Positions 1 through 9,017 of a stretch of 64,000 nt of DNA are shown piece after piece. The stretch lies in NCBI GenBank assembly GCA_034435975.1, contig DAOTWD010000003.1, forward strand, positions 70,167 to 134,166, read 5' to 3'. Source of the DNA: Chloroflexaceae bacterium. Lineage in GTDB: Bacteria > Chloroflexota > Chloroflexia > Chloroflexales > Chloroflexaceae. Within the stretch, counting starts at the first letter, position 1. Each line of letters starts with the position of its first letter. The notes under the pieces were generated by a model that saw only the letters and a program-made list of their open reading frames with translations, did no database searches and was not told the origin of the DNA. The position numbers were made by a program, and so were the translations under genes.

Positions 1-97
1 CCAGAGCAGCAGCCAGGATACGGGTCGCCCTGGCCCCCCACGGGGCGGCACGCAAGGTGGTCGTTAATAAACGCTGTGGATCCATAGCTTGTGCCAT
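1..97 (-). CDS. 5' end of an unidentified CDS running off the left edge (MAQAMDPQRLLTTTLRAAPWGARATRILAAAL...)
   Basis: Own translation of the minus strand. The ATG at 97 opens a frame that stays open to base 1, 70 nt downstream of ychF on the same strand. Too short to assign a family. Confidence 0.3.
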   Translation of the reverse strand, partial: MAQAMDPQRLLTTTLRAAPWGARATRILAAAL

Positions 98-166
98 CTC
101 ATATTACAGGATGTATGCGGTGCCCCGATGACCTCCTGACTACAGCACTGCGTCACACGCATTACC

Positions 167-1246
167 TTAAACATTGAACAGAAAATGACACACATCGCCA
201 TCCTGAACAATATATTGTTTCCCTTCCGAGCGCACCATACCGGCCTTTTTGGCCTCGGTCATCCCCCCTGCAGCCACTAGATCGGCATAAGCGACCACCT
301 CGGCCCGAATAAAGCCGCGCTGAATATCGGAATGAATCACGCCCGCCGCCTCAACCGCCGGGGTATTGCGCCGGATTGTCCAGGCTCGTACTTCGTCTGG
401 CCCGGCAGTCAGAAAGCTGATCAACCCCAGTAATTCATAGGAGCGCTGAATAACCCGATCACGGGCAGGTGCCACAATCCCCAGGTCATCCATAAACGAG
501 CGCGCATCCTCATCGTCCAGTTGCGCCAGTTCGGCTTCAATTTTGCCACACAATGGCACAATCGCGCTCTGCCGATGCGTATAGGTCACCGGAGGTGGTG
601 CCCCTAGTTGGGCTTCACCAATATTCACCACCACGAGCAACGGCTTGGCCGTCAAAAACTGATAACCGCGCAGCGAGCGTTCCTCTTCATCACTCAACGG
701 TAGATCGCGAATCGGAACATCGGCCTCCAGTGCCTCCTGTAGGCGCATAAGCAAATCCCGCTCTGCCACCCGCACTTCGCGCTCGCGTGCCGACATCTTG
801 CCTATTTCGGCGTTCAGCCGCGTCAGCCGTCGTTCGATAATTCCCAGGTCAGAGAAAGCTAACTCCAGATCGAGATTGGTCAGATCGCGCACATAATCCA
901 CCGTTTCGGCTGGATGAGGAATGGTGGTATCCTCAAAAGCGCGTACAACATGCAAAAGGGCATCGGCGCTGCTGATATAGTTGAGCAGTGCTGGCGGTAG
1001 CCCCTCCCGTGAACGACTGCTGGTGATACCCGCCACATCAACATATTGTACCTCAGCCGGTGTCGTTTTACGTGGGCGGAACATATGGGTAAGCGTGTCG
1101 AGCCGCGCATCGGGTACCTTGACAGTCGCAAGATTCGGCTCAAGTTGACCAGATGAATAGGCCGCCGTTTCTGCGGTTCCGCGTGTTAGAGCATTAAAAA
1201 CCGTTGTTTTACCACTATTGGAAAGCCCAATTATTGCTATTCGCAT
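167..1246 (-). CDS. ychF: Obg-family ribosome-binding ATPase YchF
   Basis: 359 aa. P-loop GLSNSGKTTVFNALT at the N-terminus. Characteristic YchF C-terminus ...EGKQYIVQDGDVCHFLFNV. Confidence 0.9.
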   Translation of the reverse strand: MRIAIIGLSNSGKTTVFNALTRGTAETAAYSSGQLEPNLATVKVPDARLDTLTHMFRPRKTTPAEVQYVDVAGITSSRSREGLPPALLNYISSADALLHVVRAFEDTTIPHPAETVDYVRDLTNLDLELAFSDLGIIERRLTRLNAEIGKMSAREREVRVAERDLLMRLQEALEADVPIRDLPLSDEEERSLRGYQFLTAKPLLVVVNIGEAQLGAPPPVTYTHRQSAIVPLCGKIEAELAQLDDEDARSFMDDLGIVAPARDRVIQRSYELLGLISFLTAGPDEVRAWTIRRNTPAVEAAGVIHSDIQRGFIRAEVVAYADLVAAGGMTEAKKAGMVRSEGKQYIVQDGDVCHFLFNV

Positions 1247-1668
1247 GGTTCTTACAAATAATCCTTAGCACCGTATTGCATTGTGCGCCAGCGACACGCG
1301 ATCCTGGTTTGAGGAGCTGTTGCCGCGCTCAATAGCTACAACGCCGGGCTTTATCTGCTTTTCACCTTTCGTTCATACTTGTGGCAGTATAGCGCGGATA
1401 AACGCCGGGCGCAACTGAGGGTGGCGCATCGTCGTGTTAAATGGTGAGATGTGGACATCTGGGTAGGCGTAATTGTTCGTAGTTGACACCCCGGTTAACA
1501 TATGGGGCGAAAATAAACGAAGATGCCAATGATCGCGACAGGTCTGGGAAACGAGGCCTGCCTTGCCAGCCGCTGGTGAGAGGGCGAACGGCCTATACTC
1601 CCGTGTAGCGCGTGTTATTCATTCATGTTGAAACCCATTGTTTGAGTGCTACTTAACGTTTTTTTCCC

Positions 1669-1697
1669 TTATCAAATCCGAGACAATAGGCTATAAT
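1669..1697 (+). promoter_or_regulatory. sigma-70-like promoter candidate (TTATCA-17 nt-TATAAT)
   Basis: Hexamers read directly: TTATCA at 1669-1674 and TATAAT at 1692-1697 with a 17-nt spacer. It lies 250-320 nt upstream of the ECF sigma gene, so the link to that gene is uncertain. Confidence 0.25.
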
Positions 1698-1950
1698 GCC
1701 CGCAGGACGGCGAAGCGAGATCAAAAAAAGACGTATCCGATTCTATTCTAATAGAGGCTGGTTTAGTCCTACCGCGAAACATCTTGTTCCTGGCCGATCA
1801 TCGCACTCCAATACCTCATCATACCGTGTCACTATTCATCTGGGCGAAACTTTCTGGTTATTCTCGCACCGGGCAGGTTCGTTCTAGTAAGATGTATAAA
1901 TATTCATATCGGGCGCGTATCTTTTGCCGTAATCGTGGCGTTAGATTGAA

Positions 1951-2703
1951 GTGAGAGATGACATACGCCACTGCAAGCTACGCGCAGCGATATTTGCACA
2001 AGGTAAATCGTTCGTCGTGGATGTGTCGAGTCTCGTCAAATCTGCACAGGCCGGTGATGCCAGCGCTATCAGCAAGCTATATGATTGCTATGCTGGCACG
2101 ATTTTGCGCTACTTGCTTGCACGTGTCTATGAACGGGAACTGGCGCAAGATCTGACCCAGGAAGTGTTTATTCGGGTTATCAAAGGCATTGGTCAAGTTG
2201 AGTACCGCGACGAGAAATCATTTGCCGGTTGGCTGTATACAATTGCAGGCAATGTGGTGCATAGCTATCACCGTCGTCGAAGGATCGCAGCCATTCCCCT
2301 CGAACACGATGGCGATCTGGTAGATGCACGCAGTCAGCACGATATCCATCGCATCTGTGATCGCCTGGCATTGCAGCACGCACTGGCACAACTCACGCAG
2401 GATCAACAACAAGTTCTGACATTGCGGTTTTTTGCCGGTATGACCAACAGTGAGATTGCCCGTATGTTGAACCGCACCGAAGGTGCGATCAAGGCGTTGC
2501 AATATCGAGCATTGCAGAGTTTGCAGCAGATTATGACCCACGAGGATGAGCAACAGGATCATCTATCAGCATCAGCGTTGGCACAACCAGCGTTCACGAC
2601 GCTGCAACAGACAGAACCCGGGTCTGGTACCCAGGATCGAGAAGTACATACCATTATGCCCCACCAGCCATTGCAGTCCGTAGAAACACACGTAGGAGAT
2701 TGA
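1951..2703 (+). CDS. ECF-type RNA polymerase sigma factor (sigma-70 group 4)
   Basis: Region 2 (LYDCYAGTILRYLLARV...DLTQEVFIRVIKG) and region 4 HTH (LRFFAGMTNSEIARMLNRTEGAIKALQYRA). The true start may be the internal GTG at 2017. About 50 aa of Q/T-rich C-terminal extension. Confidence 0.85.
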   Translation: MRDDIRHCKLRAAIFAQGKSFVVDVSSLVKSAQAGDASAISKLYDCYAGTILRYLLARVYERELAQDLTQEVFIRVIKGIGQVEYRDEKSFAGWLYTIAGNVVHSYHRRRRIAAIPLEHDGDLVDARSQHDIHRICDRLALQHALAQLTQDQQQVLTLRFFAGMTNSEIARMLNRTEGAIKALQYRALQSLQQIMTHEDEQQDHLSASALAQPAFTTLQQTEPGSGTQDREVHTIMPHQPLQSVETHVGD

Positions 2704-2706
2704 GCG

Positions 2707-4827
2707 GTGCAACATAAATCCCTCGCGCATACGCTCGATGAAGCGCTGGCACGCCTTCATGATGAAACAGAGCTTAAGCAATATTTGGAAAGCTGCCCCG
2801 ATAATGCGCAGGCACTACAGCCGTTGCTTGATGTTGCCCGCATACTCAAGCACGAAGCCCACCGGGACTTGCCGGCTGATATGCACGAATGGCTAATGAT
2901 CGGGCGCGAAGAGATCACAACACTGACACCCCGGTTCCTGTCTACTCCCTCACGCCGAGCGCTCCCACCAGTCGCCAGACTACCATCAGGGATCGCTCCT
3001 GTTTATGGAGCGGTACTCGTACTTCAACGTCTGTTTCACCTGAACCGGCTCGCAGTAGCCTTCGTGGGTCTGGCGATCTTGCTGTTCTTCTTGACCACAT
3101 CATTCGTAGATACTACGTCAGCTCATAGTGTCCCTGGCGATATGCTCTATTCCTGGAAACTGGCGCGCGAAACAGTGATACTGGCAATGACGCCTGATCC
3201 TGAGCAACGGAGTCTGTTGCGGTTACACTATGCCAGTCAGCGCATTGCTGAATTTGAGACGCTGGTGACCAATGAACAGTCGATGGACGAAGGCCAGGTG
3301 GAACGGGCGCTGGATTTGCTCAATATACAGGTGTATCGTGCGCTAAACGAGGCCCGACACAGTGGGAATAGTGATGTGGTGCAGCAACAACTTGAGACGC
3401 TTTTGACCCATGCTGCCACCCGGATTGAGTCGGCTATGGTGCGGTCACAAACGCAACATGATCAGCACCAGCAGAAGACATTGCACTCTGCGCGTGAGAA
3501 GATGCAGACGTTAAAGCAGGATCTGTCGCGTCTTGCAGTTACTACCGTTCCACTTGATGCCACCCCTACACCGACCGTTACGAATACGCCAGTCGATCCA
3601 GCAACGATCGGTATTCATACACAAACGACGCCAACGCCCACCAGTAGTGTAGCTCCAAACACTACCAGTACCAGGACTATACGCACTGAAACGGCCACAT
3701 CAACCACCACACGCACGGCAAGGCCAACTCTTAGCCCAACCATAACCCGCATGGACATCAACAATGTGCCGCCAACCAGCACCAGTTCATCCTCACCAAC
3801 GCAGATGAGCAACATGTTAGATCGTGGAACCTCCACTGCGACAACCAGCCAGGTGCTAGACGATCAGTCGTTGTTACCAACCTGGACAGCAACGCCGACC
3901 GCAACACCGAGCGATACCGCGACGCCGACCGCAACACCGAGCGATACCGCGACGCCGACGCCAGGTGACACCACGACCGCAACACCGAGTGACACCACGA
4001 CCGCAACACCGAGCGATACCACGACGCCGACGCCAGGTGACACCGCGACGCCGACGCCAGGTGACACCGCGACCCCGACGCCAGGTGACACCACGACGCC
4101 GACCCCAGGTGACACCGCTACACCCGGTCATACCAGCACACCGACACCATTTGAAACAAACATCTCCGGTGCGGTACGGCCCATTCTGGAATGCGTGGCA
4201 GTCAGCACGGATGACTGGTTGATCGCGTTCTTTGGCTATGAAAACCTGAGTGATGCTCCCGTTGTTATCCCAACTGGCCCCAAAAATATAATCTCACCTG
4301 GACGGTATGATGGTCTACAACCAGAGGAATTTATCTTACCAAAGGTCATTGAGGATCGTCCAGGGCGGACTGGCTTCTATCCTGATGGCCCCTTTGCCTT
4401 TACACTCTCCTTCCGTGCTACCGAACAGGTAATATGGTCATTAGACGGACACATAGCGACGGCATCACAAGACTCGCCCCGATGTGGAGTGTTATTAGAC
4501 GTAACCACGATCGATGATCTACCGATGACCGATACGCCTGATCCTGAACTTCCACTTGTTGATGATGTGACTTCTATAGAATCGGAAAGACCTGGTTCTG
4601 TGATTACTTTCCTGGCAATAAGCGCAGACCATCCAGTGGATGGAACAGTTTATGCTGGCACAATGCGGCATCTGTGCAGCGGCGGTAGCCTCCCGCCAGT
4701 ATCTACTACCGTTGCGCCAGCACATAGACCAGCAATAACAGAAGTTGCCAGAGAACCGGTGCCAGGCCCCCCAGGATCATCTGGCTGCCCTTCCAGTCAT
4801 ACAGTTGATTCCACAGACTGGCGTTGA
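2707..4827 (+). CDS. membrane-anchored putative anti-sigma factor with a Thr/Pro-rich repeat linker and an extracytoplasmic C-terminal domain
   Basis: Starts 4 nt after the sigma gene stop. N-terminal cytoplasmic helix region, one TM (VAFVGLAILLFFLTTSFV), a coiled middle part, a long T/P linker, then a globular C-terminus. The anti-sigma role is inferred from position and topology. Confidence 0.6.
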   Translation: MQHKSLAHTLDEALARLHDETELKQYLESCPDNAQALQPLLDVARILKHEAHRDLPADMHEWLMIGREEITTLTPRFLSTPSRRALPPVARLPSGIAPVYGAVLVLQRLFHLNRLAVAFVGLAILLFFLTTSFVDTTSAHSVPGDMLYSWKLARETVILAMTPDPEQRSLLRLHYASQRIAEFETLVTNEQSMDEGQVERALDLLNIQVYRALNEARHSGNSDVVQQQLETLLTHAATRIESAMVRSQTQHDQHQQKTLHSAREKMQTLKQDLSRLAVTTVPLDATPTPTVTNTPVDPATIGIHTQTTPTPTSSVAPNTTSTRTIRTETATSTTTRTARPTLSPTITRMDINNVPPTSTSSSSPTQMSNMLDRGTSTATTSQVLDDQSLLPTWTATPTATPSDTATPTATPSDTATPTPGDTTTATPSDTTTATPSDTTTPTPGDTATPTPGDTATPTPGDTTTPTPGDTATPGHTSTPTPFETNISGAVRPILECVAVSTDDWLIAFFGYENLSDAPVVIPTGPKNIISPGRYDGLQPEEFILPKVIEDRPGRTGFYPDGPFAFTLSFRATEQVIWSLDGHIATASQDSPRCGVLLDVTTIDDLPMTDTPDPELPLVDDVTSIESERPGSVITFLAISADHPVDGTVYAGTMRHLCSGGSLPPVSTTVAPAHRPAITEVAREPVPGPPGSSGCPSSHTVDSTDWR
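3892..4130 (+). repeat. in-frame tandem repeat (30-bp unit x2 perfect, then ~24-bp units) encoding TPTATPSDTA / TPTPGDTx
   Basis: 3892-3921 and 3922-3951 are identical (acgccgaccgcaacaccgagcgataccgcg). They are followed by about 7 related 24-bp units ending near 4130. Confidence 0.9.
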
Positions 4828-6733
4828 GGAACCCCGATAATATAATCGCGCCGACCCAGCTTACGATAGCAAACGCCGGCCAGCCCAGGATGATCAGCGT
4901 CAGAGCGCAGAGTAAGAGCAATACCCGTGATAGTTGTACCACAGGATATAGATAGAACCCACGATACCCCTCTTCGCCACCACCAGTCGATTCATCAAGC
5001 AAAATTAACACCAGGCAGACCAACGGCCATTCCAACAACCCGATCAACCAGAGTAGCCCCGTGCCCACTCCGAGCGCCACATTGGGAAATACGCCCCGCA
5101 CAAACAGGCCATGTGCCAGAAACAAGAATGCTGGCAGAAGTGCGACCCAGATCATCGGCGGAGCAACACGCCAGACCAGCGCTGATTGCAACTCGGTCGG
5201 CAGCATCTCCTCACGTGCCTGCTCAATCAGGGCACGGATGGCGAGACGTGGTTTGAAGGTCAATCGGAGCAACCACGACTGCGATTCTTGTTGCAAGATC
5301 GGCTCTGGTGGATCAATACCCCGTATCTCGGCCTCTTGTTCGCGTTGAGCCTGGAGTTGTGCGATGGGCAGCAGTACCTGCTGCATTACAAACTCGAAAT
5401 TGCTCATCGCTGACGTGACCAGGATACCATGTGCCAGACTACCATCATATAGCAGACTATTGATACGATAACTCAATGGTAATGGGCTTTCTTGTGACTG
5501 GATGAGCAGAATCTGGCTCTTCTCCGAAAGCTCGGTCGCCTTAACCGCCGTTATGTCAGGCCAGTTGATTACCTTCCAGCGTGGATTGGGAATCAAGCCG
5601 TTTTGCACCTGGACGGCCAGGCCCTCAGGCCGAGCCTCCAGCGCTGGCAGAAGATTACGCACTACGGCTAGCACTCCCAGCATCAGCACCAGCATCAAAT
5701 GTGCCGCAACCAGCAACCACATGGGTGAGGGCAGGTTGGGCAACGCCGCTACGCCCGGCCATGGCACGGCTCTGGTGGTAAAATAGGTCGCTAAATCAAC
5801 ATAGGCTGCTGGCGGCAACACACGGTTGAAAAAGGCAACCGGGCGCAGATCAGGCAATATCAACACCAGAAACTGGGCCCAGTAGAGCAGATAGCGCCAG
5901 ATGATCAAGACGATCAGGAGAATAGCACTCCAGGTAAAAAAGGCGCGGATACGAGTTGGGTAGGTTCCGCGCACGGAGGGAGTACTATCGCCAGTCATTG
6001 ACCGCGTCGCTTCCGCTGCTGCTGCGCTGGCTTCATCTGCGGTACGCTGGCTAAAAAACGATGCCGGGCTTAACAACAGGCGAAACAGCGGCGATTGCGC
6101 CGTTTCATCAAGTTGCACTGTCTGGGCATGTTCCTGTACCTGTGCTGCGTTTTGGGATTCTACCAGGATGGTTTGCACCAGTTTCTCGAAATCACTGATG
6201 CTCGAAGTCACCAGAAATCCCTGACTGGCGCGCAGATCATAAAGCAGACTGTAGAGGCGATGCCATCCCGTCAGATGTTTAGGCAGCGGTTCCACCAGCA
6301 ATACGAACCGCTCACTGGACAGATCGCTTGTCACCTTCACCGTCCGGAGTTCGCCCCAGTGCAGAGGAATCCAGCTACCAGCAAACTCCACGAGCATTCC
6401 ACGAGAACTGGTTCGTAGCGTGGGGAGCGCATTGCGCAGAAACAACACGATAAATAAAGAGAGCGCCACCCACAACAGTGCCGGGAGCAGATCGGCCACC
6501 GTTTGTTCACGGGGACGATCTGCCACAACATTGACCGCATCAATAATCTCAGCGAGGAAGGGTACGACTCCTACCAGAGTCTCGTCCAGACCAAAAATAT
6601 CCCACAAATAGCGGAGCAATACAGCACCGAAGTATCCGAAACTCAGTAGTACTACCAATGCCGAGAGTAGTTCAATCGACCACGTTATCAGGCGTGGATA
6701 ACGATGCACAGTCTCAGTCTGGGTAGGAGGCAT
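4706..6733 (-). CDS. polytopic membrane protein with two internally duplicated TM-plus-soluble modules (bacterial PH-like?)
   Basis: 675 aa with many hydrophobic segments. Residues ~99-190 and ~358-453 align (RN.LP.L...IP..W...VK.T..LS...SLLYD...G.LVTS..S.FE...VL). No named family recognised with certainty. Confidence 0.7.
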   Translation of the reverse strand: MPPTQTETVHRYPRLITWSIELLSALVVLLSFGYFGAVLLRYLWDIFGLDETLVGVVPFLAEIIDAVNVVADRPREQTVADLLPALLWVALSLFIVLFLRNALPTLRTSSRGMLVEFAGSWIPLHWGELRTVKVTSDLSSERFVLLVEPLPKHLTGWHRLYSLLYDLRASQGFLVTSSISDFEKLVQTILVESQNAAQVQEHAQTVQLDETAQSPLFRLLLSPASFFSQRTADEASAAAAEATRSMTGDSTPSVRGTYPTRIRAFFTWSAILLIVLIIWRYLLYWAQFLVLILPDLRPVAFFNRVLPPAAYVDLATYFTTRAVPWPGVAALPNLPSPMWLLVAAHLMLVLMLGVLAVVRNLLPALEARPEGLAVQVQNGLIPNPRWKVINWPDITAVKATELSEKSQILLIQSQESPLPLSYRINSLLYDGSLAHGILVTSAMSNFEFVMQQVLLPIAQLQAQREQEAEIRGIDPPEPILQQESQSWLLRLTFKPRLAIRALIEQAREEMLPTELQSALVWRVAPPMIWVALLPAFLFLAHGLFVRGVFPNVALGVGTGLLWLIGLLEWPLVCLVLILLDESTGGGEEGYRGFYLYPVVQLSRVLLLLCALTLIILGWPAFAIVSWVGAIILSGFLNASLWNQLYDWKGSQMILGGLAPVLWQLLLLLVYVLAQR

Positions 6734-6746
6734 AGCCTGATCTTTT

Positions 6747-6962
6747 CTATTCGTCTGGCGCTAGTCCGCTTATCTGGAGTCTTTCGATTCGTAGTTCAGC
6801 ATCATCAAGCAGACGCTGACAGGCGGCAGCCAGTTGCAACCCTTCTTCATACAATTGCAACGACTCCTCAAGGGATAATTCACCCTGCTCCAGACGTGTT
6901 ACCAGATCCTGAAGCTGGCTATAAAGCGTCTCATAGGTTGCAACAGGTGGTTGCTTTGTCAT
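6747..6962 (-). CDS. xseB: exodeoxyribonuclease VII small subunit
   Basis: MTKQPPVATYETLYSQLQDLVTRLEQGELSLEESLQLYEEGLQLAAACQRLLDDAELRIERLQ is the XseB helical hairpin signature, directly downstream of xseA. An alternative ATG at 6998 would overlap xseA by 11 nt. Confidence 0.85.
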   Translation of the reverse strand: MTKQPPVATYETLYSQLQDLVTRLEQGELSLEESLQLYEEGLQLAAACQRLLDDAELRIERLQISGLAPDE

Positions 6963-6987
6963 GGTATTGGCTTTAGGCGGGTGCTGC

Positions 6988-8193
6988 TTACGTGTCATAG
7001 GTTTTGTATTGCAAAATCTTTGCCATGACCTGATCAGCTTGAAACAGAATACGTACATTCTCACCGACGGCCACCTGATCACCGCGGGTGACAACCATGC
7101 CGTCGGTAAGCCGAGTAACAACAGCGTATCCCCGTTCCAAGGTTGCGCGGGGACTCAGGATATCGAGCTGGGCCTGCAACCTGCGCAGGTCTGCGCGACT
7201 CACCGTAATCGTATGGGTCATGTGATCGAATGCCCGTCGCAAGAGATCATCAACCTGCTGTCGGGCAGAGGGTAACCGGAGTAGCGGGCTATGCTGTTGC
7301 AATCTGTCCAATCCATCTGCCAGTTGCTGACGGTGATGTACCAGCATACCTGCACTGGCCATGTCCAGTTGTTGCCGCAAGCTGGTCAGCCTCTGGCGCA
7401 ACTCGACCCGATCAGGCACCACCAGTTCCGCTGCGGCGGACGGGGTAGGGGCACGCACATCTGCCACATAATCCACCATTGTTGTGTCAGTTTCGTGTCC
7501 TACCCCGGTTATAATCGGTACAGGACTGGCAAAAATGGCTCGTGCCACTATTTCCTCGTTAAACGCCCACAAATCCTCAAGCGAGCCGCCCCCACGGGCA
7601 ACAATGATGACATCGACCGGGGCTGCATAAACGGCCTGCAAAGCAGTCACTATACTTTGAGGTGCCGACTCCCCCTGCACCAGACACGGTGCAATCAGTA
7701 CCTCCACGAGCGGGCAACGCCGACCGATAATGGTCAGGATATCGTGCAGCGCCGCCCCGTGCTCGGAAGTGACAATACCAATACGGTGCGGCAGGTCTGG
7801 CAACACTCGTTTACGGGCCGGTTCAAACAATCCTTCCGCTTGCAGTTGCGCTTTCAGGGCCTCAAACCGCGCATGCAATTGCCCAATGCCAGCCGGTTGG
7901 AGCTGATGAACATAGAGTTGCAACTTGCCACTGGGAGCATAGAACGACACGTGCCCATGCGCCAGCACGGCCTCACCATTGGTGGGCAAGGAGTCCAGGT
8001 GCATAGCCTGGTTACGCCACATCACCGCGCTCAACACTGCGTTGTTCTCTTTCACGCTAAAGTAACAGTGTCCCGAAGTAGCACGGCTAAAGTTCGAGAT
8101 CTCACCTTGCACCCAGACATCACTCAACACCAGATCGGTATCAAGCACTTCCTGTAGATAAGCCGTAAGCTCGGTCACAGTAAAAACATGCAT
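6988..8193 (-). CDS. xseA: exodeoxyribonuclease VII large subunit
   Basis: 401 aa. N-terminal OB-fold signature FTVTELTAYLQEVLDTDLVLSDVWVQGEISNFSRATSGHCYFSVKE plus the catalytic core GGGS(LEDLWAFNEE). Confidence 0.9.
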   Translation of the reverse strand: MHVFTVTELTAYLQEVLDTDLVLSDVWVQGEISNFSRATSGHCYFSVKENNAVLSAVMWRNQAMHLDSLPTNGEAVLAHGHVSFYAPSGKLQLYVHQLQPAGIGQLHARFEALKAQLQAEGLFEPARKRVLPDLPHRIGIVTSEHGAALHDILTIIGRRCPLVEVLIAPCLVQGESAPQSIVTALQAVYAAPVDVIIVARGGGSLEDLWAFNEEIVARAIFASPVPIITGVGHETDTTMVDYVADVRAPTPSAAAELVVPDRVELRQRLTSLRQQLDMASAGMLVHHRQQLADGLDRLQQHSPLLRLPSARQQVDDLLRRAFDHMTHTITVSRADLRRLQAQLDILSPRATLERGYAVVTRLTDGMVVTRGDQVAVGENVRILFQADQVMAKILQYKTYDT

Positions 8194-8232
8194 TTGCTAC
8201 CATCGATGCCATCCACATCGGGATGCAATGCA

Positions 8233-8844
8233 TTAGAGTGGTGCGATAACCATCAGTGGTTGACCATATTCCACAGGTTGTTCATTCTTTACCAGTATAC
8301 GCACCACTCGTCCACCTACCTCTGTCTCAATCTCGTTCATCATCTTCATTGCCTCGACAATCGCCACAGTATCACCAGCATGCACCTCATCACCTTCATG
8401 GACAAACGGCGGATCTTTGGGCGAAGGTGCAGCATAGTAAGTGCCTACCATAGGCGATGTTACCACATGACCGTCAGGTATGTCCGATTCTGCGGGTGCC
8501 GTTTCAGAATGCGCTGCTGCGTAGGGTGGTGCAGTGGTAACTGGCGGCGGGGTATGCCCGACCGGAGGGTGAGCCGCCTGAGGCATAGCCATGCCCGGCA
8601 TTGGTGGTATACTCAACGCCAGCGGAACGGTTGATAGGGCAGCCGAAGGATGGGGCGGTGATGTTGTATTCCCCCGCTTGACATGCAATTTAGACGATCC
8701 ACGCTCGATCAATAGCTCGGTAATGTCGGTTTGCTCGATCAGTTCGAGCAATTCACGCACCGCCTCGATACCAAACTCGTCGGTGCGCCTATCAAGGGTT
8801 TCAGGCATTGTTTCACTCATAGCGTAACCAGTTTGCTTCCGCAT
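8233..8844 (-). CDS. accB: acetyl-CoA carboxylase biotin carboxyl carrier protein
   Basis: C-terminal biotinyl domain with the EAMKMMNEIE biotinylation motif, preceded by a Pro/Ala-rich linker. The start could instead be the ATG at 8820. Confidence 0.85.
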   Translation of the reverse strand: MRKQTGYAMSETMPETLDRRTDEFGIEAVRELLELIEQTDITELLIERGSSKLHVKRGNTTSPPHPSAALSTVPLALSIPPMPGMAMPQAAHPPVGHTPPPVTTAPPYAAAHSETAPAESDIPDGHVVTSPMVGTYYAAPSPKDPPFVHEGDEVHAGDTVAIVEAMKMMNEIETEVGGRVVRILVKNEQPVEYGQPLMVIAPL

Positions 8845-8949
8845 TGTTCCAAAACATATTACTACTGAGCGATTGTAGCAGAATAGCGGCCTTTACGTCA
8901 AACGCGACGGTGTTACCTGCAATCGAACATTTTGACCGTTCCCCTACCA

Positions 8950-8975
8950 GGTACCGCCGCTCCTGCGGCGGTACC
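8950..8975 (-). terminator. perfect 11-bp GC-rich hairpin (GGTACCGCCGC-tcct-GCGGCGGTACC) downstream of the nicotinamidase-like gene
   Basis: Arms 8950-8960 and 8965-8975 are exact reverse complements. It lies 43 nt past the stop of the 9018..9734 gene. No U-tract follows, so terminator function is tentative. Confidence 0.3.
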
Positions 8976-9017
8976 CGATCGGCGGTGCCAATTTAACCAG
9001 ACATGGGCACACTTTGT

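Noticed and set aside
1696-1887. 63-aa ORF in the ychF - sigma spacer
   Set aside because: Highly basic and low-complexity, with no Shine-Dalgarno and no motif.
3758-4131. Cluster of 83-85-aa ORFs on both strands, and the possibility of a CRISPR-like array
   Set aside because: They are artefacts of the Thr/Pro-coding tandem repeat. The units are contiguous with no unique spacers, and they are in frame with the anti-sigma gene.
7291-8157. 288-aa ORF on the plus strand
   Set aside because: It lies entirely antisense to xseA, whose translation has clear family motifs. The ORF is Cys/His/Arg-rich with no recognisable domain, so it is a shadow ORF.
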